Source: an uncultured Acidimicrobiales bacterium
GTDB taxonomy: Bacteria; Actinomycetota; Acidimicrobiia; Acidimicrobiales; SZUA-35
Direction: 5' to 3'
DNA length: 64,000 nucleotides
Assembly (NCBI GenBank): GCA_937997485.1
Contig: CALKTH010000033.1
Coordinates: forward strand, 32,438 to 96,437
The translations under genes and the position numbers were made by a program. This document shows positions 52,606-61,674 of the stretch, in pieces. The notes beneath the pieces were generated by a model that was not told the origin of the DNA, made no database searches, and saw only the letters and a list, made by a program, of their open reading frames with translations. Positions within the stretch are counted from its first letter, which is position 1, and the number at the start of each line of letters is the position of its first letter.

Positions 52606-54540
52606 TCACAAAGAGGTGGCTGAGGCGATGTCCTTGGTGAAGTCAGCGTTGGTGGCCGCGCCTTCGAGGCGCTCCACCAGGCGGCGGGCGGCATCGACGG
52701 CGGGACCGTCTGCTTCGTCTACGGCCGTGGCCATGAGTTGGCGCAAGTGGTCGACGGCGGCGAGGTCATCCGGATCGGCCAGAAGGTCAGCACTCCGGGT
52801 GTTCGACAACTCAACGTCGATGTTCGGGAACACACCCTCGTCAGCGAGCCAGGCATCGAGATGGATCTCGGCCGTTGCCGTGCCGCGGAACTCATCGAAG
52901 AGTGCTTCGTCGAAGACCGCGCCGGTGCCGACAGTGATGGTGGCCAGAATCGTGAGCGATCCGGCCTCCTCGAGCTTGCGAGCAGCGCCGAAGAAGCGCT
53001 TGGTCGGATGCAATGCACTGGCGTCAACGCCAGCGATGGTGCGACCCGTGGGCTGGGTACCAAGGCTGTAGGCCCGGGCGATCGTCGTGAGACCATCGGC
53101 GATGATCACAACGTCCTCGCCTGCTTCGACCATGCGCTTGGCTCGCTCGATGGTGAAGTCGGCCAGGGCACACTGATCTTCTGGCGGTGCGTCGAAGGTG
53201 GCGGCGCCAACCTCGGCCTGCTCGAGCACAGACTCGATGTCCACGATCTCTTCCGGGCGCCCGTCGAACTGCAACACCATGAGGTGGGCCTCGGGGTTGT
53301 TGGCTTCGATGGCAGTGGCGATCTGCTTGATCAGCTCGGTTGCGCCCGCCTCAGGCGGTGCGACGATCAGACCACGTTGGCCCTTGCCAATCGGGGCGAC
53401 GAGGTCGACCAGCCGCGCGCCGGAGTTGCCGGCTGTGTCCGGCTGCTCGAGGATGAGCCGCTCGAACGGGTACACGGCCGTCAGCTCCTCGAAGCGGACC
53501 CGTGCTCGGCTCAGCTCGGGATCGGCCCCGTTGATGGCGCTGATGGTCTGGAGCGCAGGGTTCTTCTCGTTGCGGTTGGCGGGCCGGGCCGTTCCCTCGA
53601 CGAGATCGCCCTTCCGCAGCCCGTACTGGCGAGCCATCTTCACTGGGACGTAGACGTCCTCAGCCGACTGCAGGTAGCCGTTGACTCGGAGGAAGCCGTA
53701 GCCATCGTCTCGCAGGTCGAGATACCCGGTTGCCGGGATGGGCTCGAGTGCGGGGAGCTGCTCGTCGTCGCGGTCTCGACCACGACCGCGACGGCGGCGG
53801 CGGCGGTTGCCCGCATCCCCGTCGTCCTGCTTCTCGTTCGAGTCGGCGTCGGACGGGCCGCTGTTCTGGTTCCCGGCCTGGCCGCCACCCTGGTTGCCGT
53901 TCTGGCCGCGGTTCTTGCTCTTGCCGCCGTCGTTCTTGGCCTCGGCTTTGGGACCGTCGCCCTTGCCGCCGTCGTTCTCGGCGAGTTCGAGTTCCCATTC
54001 TGCGGGAGGCTCACCGTTGTTGCCGCGACGACGCCGCTTGCCGCGGCCTTCACCTTGCGGCTGGTTCTGACGACCCTGTCGAGCCCCACCGTTACCGGAA
54101 CGTTGGCCGGAGCCCGCCCCGTCGTTCGAGGAGGATTCGCCGCCGGCATCGCCGCTCGCGGCCTCTTCGGCATCCGCCTCGTTCGCTCCATCGGCGTCAT
54201 CGTCGGCCGCATGGTTGCCGTTGCTGTCGTCGCTGCCGCTGTCCTCGCCGCCGGTGGCGGCGTCTCGACCTGATGTGGGCGCATCAGCCGCTGCATCATT
54301 GCTGGCGTCATCAAAGAGCGAGGCAGGTTCACCGGCATCGTCGCCCGAGCCTGCAGGCGCGGTGACACCCGACAGCTCGAGGATCGCATCGATGAGGTCG
54401 GCCTTCTTGGCCCGACTGTTCACCTTGCCGCCGAGTGCAGACACGATGGTCTGTAGCTCGCTCTTGTCTTTCTTCTGAAGATCGACGCGTTCGACGATCG
54501 TGGGGTCGCTCACGGACACTCCTGGCGTGGGCGGCTGCAT
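52606..54540 (-). CDS. rho: transcription termination factor Rho with ~200-aa disordered N-terminal insertion
   Basis: It has an N-terminal SAP-like helix (LQTIVSALGG...KADLIDAILEL), a long D/G/N/Q/R-rich insert, an OB/CSD-like RNA-binding domain (GYGFLR) and a RecA-type ATPase core. An alternative start GTG 54513 has SD AGGAG 5 nt upstream. Confidence 0.93.
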   Translation of the reverse strand: MQPPTPGVSVSDPTIVERVDLQKKDKSELQTIVSALGGKVNSRAKKADLIDAILELSGVTAPAGSGDDAGEPASLFDDASNDAAADAPTSGRDAATGGEDSGSDDSNGNHAADDDADGANEADAEEAASGDAGGESSSNDGAGSGQRSGNGGARQGRQNQPQGEGRGKRRRRGNNGEPPAEWELELAENDGGKGDGPKAEAKNDGGKSKNRGQNGNQGGGQAGNQNSGPSDADSNEKQDDGDAGNRRRRRRGRGRDRDDEQLPALEPIPATGYLDLRDDGYGFLRVNGYLQSAEDVYVPVKMARQYGLRKGDLVEGTARPANRNEKNPALQTISAINGADPELSRARVRFEELTAVYPFERLILEQPDTAGNSGARLVDLVAPIGKGQRGLIVAPPEAGATELIKQIATAIEANNPEAHLMVLQFDGRPEEIVDIESVLEQAEVGAATFDAPPEDQCALADFTIERAKRMVEAGEDVVIIADGLTTIARAYSLGTQPTGRTIAGVDASALHPTKRFFGAARKLEEAGSLTILATITVGTGAVFDEALFDEFRGTATAEIHLDAWLADEGVFPNIDVELSNTRSADLLADPDDLAAVDHLRQLMATAVDEADGPAVDAARRLVERLEGAATNADFTKDIASATSL

Positions 54541-54545
54541 AGGGC

Positions 54546-54575
54546 CGCAGTGAATCGCAGTGGGAAATCGCAGTG
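54546..54575. repeat. three CGCAGTG heptamers in the rho 5' leader
   Basis: Copies sit at 54546-52, 54556-62 and 54569-75. The last two extend to ATCGCAGTG. They begin 6 nt upstream of the annotated rho ATG (54540). Confidence 0.8.
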
Positions 54576-54688
54576 CTTTCGTGAAGACAGCGTTGCCGTT
54601 GAGAGCGGTGCTGTCGCCACCAGACCGAGGGCTGAATCAGATCCTCTTTCGGCCTGTCCGGGAGGCTATCAACAATCCTCGCCTGGGC

Positions 54689-56086
54689 CTACTGGGCCGT
54701 GTCGGCCAGATCCCGAAGCTCGACCAGGATCTCGTCGAGATCGTTGCCAACCTCCACGAAATACTCGGGCCGATCGTGCAATTCGCTGAGGAACGTCGGC
54801 AGCGGCGGGCGCACACCCGTGGCCTTCTCAACCGCATCAGGAAACTTGGCCGGCGCAGCCGTCGCCAGCGTGATCATCGGAATCGAAGGGTCTCGGCGAA
54901 GCTCACGAGCGACGACGGTGCCCACTGCCGTGTGTGGTTCGATCAGGAATCCAAGGCGTTCGTGCACAGCCCGGATCTCTTCGAGGGTTTGATCGTCGTC
55001 AGCTCGGCCAGCATCGAACGTCTCGGCCAGGGCATCGTTCCACGAGGTGGGAACCTCGGCAGAGCCGCTGGCTCGGAACTCCGTGAGCAGGGCCGCCACC
55101 GCGGCACCATCGCGACCGCTGGCTTCCCACAGCGCCCGCTCGAAATTGGAAGAGACTTGAATGTCCATGCTCGGGCTGAGGGAGGGCACGACGTCGAAGG
55201 CATCGAGCGATCCGGTCTCGAAGTAACGGGTGAGCACATCGTTGCGGTTGCTGGCAACGACGAGTTGATCGATCGGAGCGCCCATGCGCTTGGCGTACCA
55301 GCCAGCCAGCACGTTGCCGAAGTTGCCGGTGGGAACGCTGTAGCTGACCGGTTGCCCGCTGGTGGCGCCGAGCCGGAGCGAGCCAACCACGTAGTAGACG
55401 ATCTGGGCCATGACTCGAGCCCAATTGATGGAATTCACGGCCGCGAGACCGACCTCGCTTCGCACGGCACTGTCGTTGAAGGCCGCTTTCACGAGATCCT
55501 GACAGTCGTCGAAGTTGCCTCGGACGGCGAGATTTCGGATGTTCGGCGCATCGACGGTGGTCATCTGGCGCCGCTGCACATCGGAGACTCGCCCAAGCGG
55601 GTGGAGGACCACAGCGGAGACCATGGAGCGATTCGCCAACGCCTCGATGGCGGCGGAACCGGTGTCGCCGGAGGTGGCGGCGAAGACCATCGCGGTTCGA
55701 CCACGCACAGTCAGTTCGCGATCGAGAAGGCGACCGACCAACTGCAGCGCCACGTCCTTGAATGCGAGCGTCGGTCCCTTGGCCAGGTCCATCAGATGGT
55801 GACCATCTCCCAGCTCACGGATCGGCACGACGGCAGGATCCCGGAAGCACGCATAGGCGTCGTTGACGATCGAGACGAACGATTCTCGATCGATCGACCC
55901 CTCGACGAACGGCCACATCACGGCGAGGGCAACCTCGGTGTACGTCATGTCTGCTGACAGAGGTGGCAGCTCGGGCATCTCGGTCGGGCAGTAAAGACCG
56001 CCGTCGGTCGCAAGACCGGTGAGGAGAACGTCGCCGAAGTCGAGAGTCGGTGCGTCCCCCCTCGTCGAGGTGTACTGAAGCGACAT
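54689..56086 (-). CDS. thrC: threonine synthase
   Basis: 465 aa, long actinobacterial-type ThrC with the PLP-Lys region (GPTLAFKDVALQ). Its ATG overlaps the hom stop by 1 nt. Confidence 0.93.
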   Translation of the reverse strand: MSLQYTSTRGDAPTLDFGDVLLTGLATDGGLYCPTEMPELPPLSADMTYTEVALAVMWPFVEGSIDRESFVSIVNDAYACFRDPAVVPIRELGDGHHLMDLAKGPTLAFKDVALQLVGRLLDRELTVRGRTAMVFAATSGDTGSAAIEALANRSMVSAVVLHPLGRVSDVQRRQMTTVDAPNIRNLAVRGNFDDCQDLVKAAFNDSAVRSEVGLAAVNSINWARVMAQIVYYVVGSLRLGATSGQPVSYSVPTGNFGNVLAGWYAKRMGAPIDQLVVASNRNDVLTRYFETGSLDAFDVVPSLSPSMDIQVSSNFERALWEASGRDGAAVAALLTEFRASGSAEVPTSWNDALAETFDAGRADDDQTLEEIRAVHERLGFLIEPHTAVGTVVARELRRDPSIPMITLATAAPAKFPDAVEKATGVRPPLPTFLSELHDRPEYFVEVGNDLDEILVELRDLADTAQ

Positions 56087-57390
56087 CAGTCGCCGATCAC
56101 CCGCATGAAGCTACGCATGCCGGTGACGACCTCGAGCTTGCGAAGTTCGTGGAGCGTGGCCTGGAGGTCCGCCTCGCGTGCCTCGTGCGTGACGAAGACC
56201 AGACGCGCTTCGGGCCCGAGCCCCTCCTGCTCCATCGAGCGGATGCTCACGCCGTGAGCGCCGAACACGCCGGAGACCTCGGAAAGAACGCCGGGAGAAT
56301 CGGCCACCTCGAGATTCACGTAGTAGGCGCTGAGCAGCTCATCGATCGGACGGATGGAGGCATCTCCACCGCTGGGCACGGAACGGAAGGTGCCCCCAGT
56401 GAGGTTGATGGCCGCGTCGATGAGATCGCCGAGGACAGCAGATGCCGTTGGGGCGCCACCAGCGCCTCGGCCATAGAACATCATCTCGCCCGCGGCTGCT
56501 CCCTCGACGAATACCGCATTGAAGCTGCCCCGAACGGACGCAAGCGGATGTGAGTTCGGCACCATCGCAGGGTGCACTCGCACACCGACCTGGCGGTCGG
56601 CGCCATCATCGAAGACCTCGGCGATGGCCAGGAGTTTGATCTGGTAGCCCAAGCGGTTGGCGAAGGCGATGTCAGCCTGGGTGATCTCGGAGATGCCCTC
56701 GTGGTAGACGTCGCCGGCAACCACGCGAGCCCCGAAGGCGATGGACGCCATGATCGCCGCTTTGGCGCCAGCATCGAAGCCCTCGACATCGGCGGTGGGA
56801 TCTCGCTCCGCGTATCCCAGCTCCTGCGCCTCTGCGAGGGCATCGGCGTAGGCGGCGCCCTCCTCCGCCATCTTGGTGAGGATGAAGTTGGTGGTGCCGT
56901 TCACGATGCCCATCACACGGGTGATGTCCTCGCCCAGCAACGACTCACGGAGCGGGCGAACGATCGGGATGGCTGCGGCGGCGGCAGCTTCAAACAGAAG
57001 GTCGACGCCAGCTTTCTCTGCCGCGGCGTAGAGCTCAGCGCCGCAGTTGGCGAGGAGCTCCTTGTTGGCCGTGATCACGGGCTTGCCGGTCTCGAGCGCT
57101 GCGAGGATGAGTTCACGGGCGGGCTCGATGCCGCCGATGACTTCAACCACGATGTCGACGTCGTCGGAGGTGACGACGGACCGGGCGTCACTGGTGAGTG
57201 TGGCGGGGTCAATCGACTCGCCTCGATCCCGGCTCGTGCTGCGGACAGCGATCTTCGTGACGATCAGTTCCAGGCCGGTGGAGCGAGCGATCGCTGCGGA
57301 CCGTTCGTTGAGCAGCTCGACGAGGCTGCCGCCCACGATGCCGCACCCGAGGAGTCCGACCTTCACCTGTTTCGCCTGGGAATCAGTCAC
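56086..57390 (-). CDS. hom: homoserine dehydrogenase
   Basis: It has an NAD-binding N-terminus (VKVGLLGCGIVGGSL), a catalytic domain and a C-terminal ACT domain. The start is uncertain (GTG 57390 or 57366). The track extension to 57573 overlaps lysA. Confidence 0.9.
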   Translation of the reverse strand: MTDSQAKQVKVGLLGCGIVGGSLVELLNERSAAIARSTGLELIVTKIAVRSTSRDRGESIDPATLTSDARSVVTSDDVDIVVEVIGGIEPARELILAALETGKPVITANKELLANCGAELYAAAEKAGVDLLFEAAAAAAIPIVRPLRESLLGEDITRVMGIVNGTTNFILTKMAEEGAAYADALAEAQELGYAERDPTADVEGFDAGAKAAIMASIAFGARVVAGDVYHEGISEITQADIAFANRLGYQIKLLAIAEVFDDGADRQVGVRVHPAMVPNSHPLASVRGSFNAVFVEGAAAGEMMFYGRGAGGAPTASAVLGDLIDAAINLTGGTFRSVPSGGDASIRPIDELLSAYYVNLEVADSPGVLSEVSGVFGAHGVSIRSMEQEGLGPEARLVFVTHEAREADLQATLHELRKLEVVTGMRSFMRVIGD

Positions 57391-57400
57391 GGCGCTGAGG

Positions 57401-58675
57401 CTAACCAACGTCGGTGACGAGCAGGTCCTCATTTGTCTCTCGTCGGACGACGAGTCGAGCGTCGCCATTGGCGCAGAAGACCACGGGCGGGCGGAGGACT
57501 TTGTTGTAGTTCGAGCCCATCGAGTGCCCATAGGCACCGGTGACGGGAGTGGCGAGAATGTCGCCAACCTCATAGCCCGTGGGAAGGCTCGCTTCGCGCA
57601 CGAGAAGATCGCCGGATTCGCAGTGTTTTCCGACGACTCGAGCGGTCTCGGGTCGAGCGGCGGTCACGTCACGAGGCAGGAACGTCTCGTAGCCCGATCC
57701 GTAGAGCACCGGGCGAGGATTGTCGGACATGCCACCGTCGACGGCGACGTAAGTGCGGATCTCTGGCAGGTGCTTGACGGTGCCGATCGTGTAGAGCGTG
57801 ACAGCGGCCTGCGCAGCGATCGACCGGCCCGGCTCGATGCCGATAGTGGCCTGAATTCCCGTGGTGGCGACGGCGTCGAGGAGAATCTTCGACCATTGCG
57901 AAATGGTTGGCGCTTCCTCGCCTTCGACGTAGGCAACACCGAGCCCACCACCAACGACGAGTTCGGGAAGCTCGAACGGCATGGCGAACGCCGCGAGTAC
58001 CTCGGCCGCTTCACCGAAAGACGCGGCACGGAACACTTGGGAACCGATGTGGGCATGGAGCCCGACGAGTTCAACGGCGCTGCTCGCGCTGGCCTTGGCG
58101 ACCGCTTCGGCGGCAACACCGGTGGAGACAGTGAATCCGAACTTGGAGTCGTCCTGCCCGGTAGAGATGAACTCATGTGTGTGGGCTTCGACACCTGGCG
58201 TGATGCGGAGGAGCACCTTCGGAACCGGCAGGCCTTCGGCATGGAGCGTCTCGAGCCGCCCCAGCTCCTCGAACGAATCGACAACGATCCGACCGATGCC
58301 CACTTCGAGGCCGTGGCGGAGTTCTTCGATCGATTTGTTGTTCCCGTGGAAAACGAGGCGCTCCGCCGGAACGTCAGCGGCGAGGGCAACCGAGAGTTCG
58401 CCTGACGTCGCCACATCCAGGCTCATTCCCTCCTCGTACGCGAGCCGGGCCATTGCCCGACAGAGGAACGCCTTCGTGGCGTAGGTGGCATGTGAGCCGA
58501 AAGCGGCCACGGCCTCGCGGCAACGGGCCCGGAGGTGTTCCTCGTCGTACACGAAAACGGGGGTGCCGAACTCGGCGGCGATGTCGAGGGTGTCGCACCC
58601 ACCGATCAGCAGTTGTCCCGACGGCCCGACGGAGGCGTTCTCAGGAAGAAGGTGCCAAGGGATTGGCCCGCTCAC
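57401..58675 (-). CDS. lysA: diaminopimelate decarboxylase
   Basis: 424 aa, a fold-type III PLP decarboxylase (YATKAF with PLP-Lys, GGGLGV, CESGD). Its GTG start forms GTGA with the argS stop. Confidence 0.93.
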   Translation of the reverse strand: MSGPIPWHLLPENASVGPSGQLLIGGCDTLDIAAEFGTPVFVYDEEHLRARCREAVAAFGSHATYATKAFLCRAMARLAYEEGMSLDVATSGELSVALAADVPAERLVFHGNNKSIEELRHGLEVGIGRIVVDSFEELGRLETLHAEGLPVPKVLLRITPGVEAHTHEFISTGQDDSKFGFTVSTGVAAEAVAKASASSAVELVGLHAHIGSQVFRAASFGEAAEVLAAFAMPFELPELVVGGGLGVAYVEGEEAPTISQWSKILLDAVATTGIQATIGIEPGRSIAAQAAVTLYTIGTVKHLPEIRTYVAVDGGMSDNPRPVLYGSGYETFLPRDVTAARPETARVVGKHCESGDLLVREASLPTGYEVGDILATPVTGAYGHSMGSNYNKVLRPPVVFCANGDARLVVRRETNEDLLVTDVG

Positions 58676-60357
58676 ATCTGCTCCGGGGCATCGACGCCCA
58701 GGAGATCGAGGCCGATGCCGAGACCGATGCTGGTGGCCTCGGCCAACCAGAAGCGGGCTTGCTGCAGTTCCGCCGGCACGTCTTCCCGCAGGATGGGGCA
58801 GTCGCGGTAGAAGCCATGCAACGCAGAGGCGAGGTCACGCACCCACGAGCTGATCTTGTGGGGAGCGCGCTCTTTACAAGCGACGGCGAGGATCTCGGGC
58901 AGAGCAAAGAGCTCACGAAGGATCTCGAGCTCACGGTCGTGCACGAGTTGGGCAAGGTCCGCTTCGGCGACCGGCATGCGCTCGATGCCACGCTCAGCGG
59001 CCTGGCGGCCTATGGAGCGGATGCGGGCAAACGCCATCTGCACGTAGAACACCGGGTTCTCCGATGACTGTTCCTTCAGCAGGTCGATGTCGATCGTGAG
59101 AGAGGTGTCGATCGACTGCATGAGATAGGCAAAACGCGCGGCGTCGGGGCCGACGTCGTCGACAAGTTCTTCGAGCAGCACCATTGTTCCGGCGCGCTTG
59201 GAGAGCTTGACCTCTTGACCGTCGCGCATGAGCTTCACGTTTTGGCCGATGATCGCCTCGAACGCTTCCTTGGGGTAGCCGAGCATCTGCATGGCGGCGC
59301 TCATCCGAGCCACGTAGCCGTGGTGGTCGGCTCCAAGAATGTTGATGAGGTGGTCGCCACGGTCGTGCTTGTCACGGTGGTAGGCGATGTCGGGAAGCAG
59401 GTACGTGGGCTCACCGTCGCTCTTGATGAGCACACGGTCCTTGTCGTCGCCGAAGTCCGTGGTGCGCAACCACGTGGCGTTGCCCTCTTCGAAGACGTGG
59501 CCCGCCTCTCGAAGCTCAGCCAGCGCTGCCTCCATCGCGCCGGATGCCACCAGGGCAGACTCACTGCTCCAGGTGTCGAACTCGGCGTGCATTGCCGCGA
59601 GCGCGTGCTTCTGATCTGCGAGCGCGTGTTCCCGGCCCCATTCGCGTGCAGCGTCGGTTCCGCTGACCGAGTCGGGCATCTCTCGCGCCCAGTCTTCGAT
59701 GTACTGGCCCTTGTACCCGTCCTCGTGCAGCTCGGTGCCGTTCTTGCGAGCGAGAAGCGAATTGCCGAAGTGATTCATCTGTACACCGCGGTCGTTCACG
59801 TAACACTCGCGGTGGGGCGAGTAGCCGCAGCGCTCCAGAATGCGGGCAAGCGAGTCGCCATAGGCGGCCCAACGACCATGCCCAGCGTGCAGCGGCCCGG
59901 TCGGGTTGGCCGACACGTACTCGACGTTGATGGTCGCACCGTCACCCATCGGCAGACGGGCGTAGTCGTCGCCGGCCTTCACGACGTCGGCCAGGACGTC
60001 GTAGAGCCAGGTGTTGGCGAGGCGGAAGTTCACGAAGCCCGGACCAGCGATCTCCAACGCCTCGACGTGAGCCGGACGATTCGCATCGAGGTGATCAGCC
60101 AGTGCTTGGCCGAGCTCCCGCGGGTTCTGGCCGAGGATCTTGGAGCAGACGAGCGCGGCGTTCGTACTCCAGTCCCCGTGCTCACGCCTGGCTGGCCGTT
60201 CAATGCTCACCGCAGCAGGAACGTCAGCAACGCCGAGAGCGTTGAGAGCGGAATGCACAGAGGCCAGGAGATCGTCACGAATCACGGGCTGGAGGCTATC
60301 GGTGACGGATGCCTCACTCGGCGTGATTACCGCTCCCTCTCGCGGAAGGTTCGCCAC
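58672..60357 (-). CDS. argS: arginine--tRNA ligase
   Basis: HIGH-type motif SANPTGPLHAGHGR, KMSK-type motif KLSKRAG and a DALR anticodon-binding tail. The proposed GTG 60357 is the first start that does not run into the divergent gene at 60370. Confidence 0.9.
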   Translation of the reverse strand: MANLPREGAVITPSEASVTDSLQPVIRDDLLASVHSALNALGVADVPAAVSIERPARREHGDWSTNAALVCSKILGQNPRELGQALADHLDANRPAHVEALEIAGPGFVNFRLANTWLYDVLADVVKAGDDYARLPMGDGATINVEYVSANPTGPLHAGHGRWAAYGDSLARILERCGYSPHRECYVNDRGVQMNHFGNSLLARKNGTELHEDGYKGQYIEDWAREMPDSVSGTDAAREWGREHALADQKHALAAMHAEFDTWSSESALVASGAMEAALAELREAGHVFEEGNATWLRTTDFGDDKDRVLIKSDGEPTYLLPDIAYHRDKHDRGDHLINILGADHHGYVARMSAAMQMLGYPKEAFEAIIGQNVKLMRDGQEVKLSKRAGTMVLLEELVDDVGPDAARFAYLMQSIDTSLTIDIDLLKEQSSENPVFYVQMAFARIRSIGRQAAERGIERMPVAEADLAQLVHDRELEILRELFALPEILAVACKERAPHKISSWVRDLASALHGFYRDCPILREDVPAELQQARFWLAEATSIGLGIGLDLLGVDAPEQM

Positions 60358-60369
60358 TACCGTTCCGGA

Positions 60370-61035
60370 ATGAGCTCCGCGATCGTTGGTTTTCTTCACA
60401 CCTCTCCGGTGCACGTTCCGACGTTCGACGCACTGCTGGCGGGGTCGAGCCATGCCGAATCCACCAGCGCACACCACGCCGTTGATGTCTCGTTGCTCGA
60501 TAGAGCTCGGGATGAGGGAATGACCGACGCCGTGCAAGAGGACACGCGGGGTGCCATCGAGGCGCTCGCCGCCGACGGGGCCAGCGTTGTTGTGTGCACG
60601 TGTTCCACACTCGCCGGGTTCGCCGAGACCTTGAGCACCGATTCGCTCACCGTCATCCGCATCGACCGCCCAATGGCTCGAGAGGCCATTCGACTGGCCG
60701 AGGCCGGCTCGGGTCGAATCTCGCTTCTGGCCGCGCTCGACAGCGCGCTCCCACCGGGGCTCGAACTCCTCGAAGAAGAGGCCGCTGGGACCTCCACCAC
60801 GATCGAGTCCACGCTCGTCGAAGAGGCGTGGGTCGCATTCGAGGCAGGGGACCAGCGGGGCTACCTCGGTCGCATCGCCGCAGCGATCGAACAGGCGGCC
60901 ACAGACGGGACAGACGTGATCGTGCTCGCCCAGGCCTCCATGGCTGGCGCAGCGGACCAGGCGCGCACGGAGGTGCCGGTTCTCGCCTCTCCTGCCCTCG
61001 CGGTCGCCGCTGCACTCGAGGCATCGGGACGATGA
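60370..61035 (+). CDS. Asp/Glu/hydantoin racemase-like family protein
   Basis: 221 aa from ATG 60370 (MSSAIVGFLHTSPVH). It has two Rossmann-like halves with VVVCTCSTL and DVIVLAQASM segments reminiscent of Asp/Glu racemase / arylmalonate decarboxylase folds. This assignment is tentative. Confidence 0.55.
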   Translation: MSSAIVGFLHTSPVHVPTFDALLAGSSHAESTSAHHAVDVSLLDRARDEGMTDAVQEDTRGAIEALAADGASVVVCTCSTLAGFAETLSTDSLTVIRIDRPMAREAIRLAEAGSGRISLLAALDSALPPGLELLEEEAAGTSTTIESTLVEEAWVAFEAGDQRGYLGRIAAAIEQAATDGTDVIVLAQASMAGAADQARTEVPVLASPALAVAAALEASGR

Positions 61036-61673
61036 CCAGCCGCTTCTACCGGATGCTCAGACATCCGTTCGGTCTCCTCGTTGCCCTGCTGGCGGTGATG
61101 TGGCTGATCGAGGCGGTGGACACGATCGTGCTCGACAACTGGGCGCAGAGCGGCGGCATCCACCCCCGAAAGCTCGACGGGCTCGACGGCATTCTCGCCG
61201 CTCCGTTCCTTCACTCGGATTGGAGCCACATCGCGTCGAACTCCATTCCCTGGCTCGCGCTCGGTGGACTCGTTTCTGTTCGAGGTTGGCGCCACTGGGC
61301 CACGGTCACGGCGGTCGTCACCGTGGTCGGTGGCGGCCTGACCTGGGCACTGGCCGGCGGCGTGAACCACGTCGGGGCGAGCGGCGTGATCTTCGGCTAC
61401 TTCGGTGCCGTTATCGCCTCGGCCTTCTTCGAGCGGCGGCCAGCCACCGTCGGCCCGGCGCTTGTGGTGATCATGATGTACGCCAGCATGCTCGTTGGTG
61501 TGGTGCCCCAGGAGGGCATCTCCTGGGAGGGCCACCTGTTCGGCATGCTCGCCGGCATCCTCGCCGCGTGGCTCGTGGCGGATCGGACGCCGGCGCCGGA
61601 ACCCGAGCCCTACGTGCCCATGGACTGGGAAGCCGACGAGCCCTGGCTCGGCACCACCGAGCCCGACGGCTGA
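61032..61673 (+). CDS. rhomboid-family intramembrane serine protease
   Basis: 213 aa. The ATG forms ATGA with the upstream stop. It has APFLHSDWSHIASN, GASGVIFGYFG (catalytic Ser) and EGHLFGMLAG (catalytic His). Confidence 0.85.
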   Translation: MTSRFYRMLRHPFGLLVALLAVMWLIEAVDTIVLDNWAQSGGIHPRKLDGLDGILAAPFLHSDWSHIASNSIPWLALGGLVSVRGWRHWATVTAVVTVVGGGLTWALAGGVNHVGASGVIFGYFGAVIASAFFERRPATVGPALVVIMMYASMLVGVVPQEGISWEGHLFGMLAGILAAWLVADRTPAPEPEPYVPMDWEADEPWLGTTEPDG

Positions 61674-61674
61674 G

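Noticed and set aside
52738-54273. 511-aa + strand ORF and several 100-250-aa ORFs overlapping rho
   Set aside because: They are antisense or off-frame readings of the repetitive GC-rich rho insertion region. They are Arg/Pro/Gly-rich nonsense with no domains.
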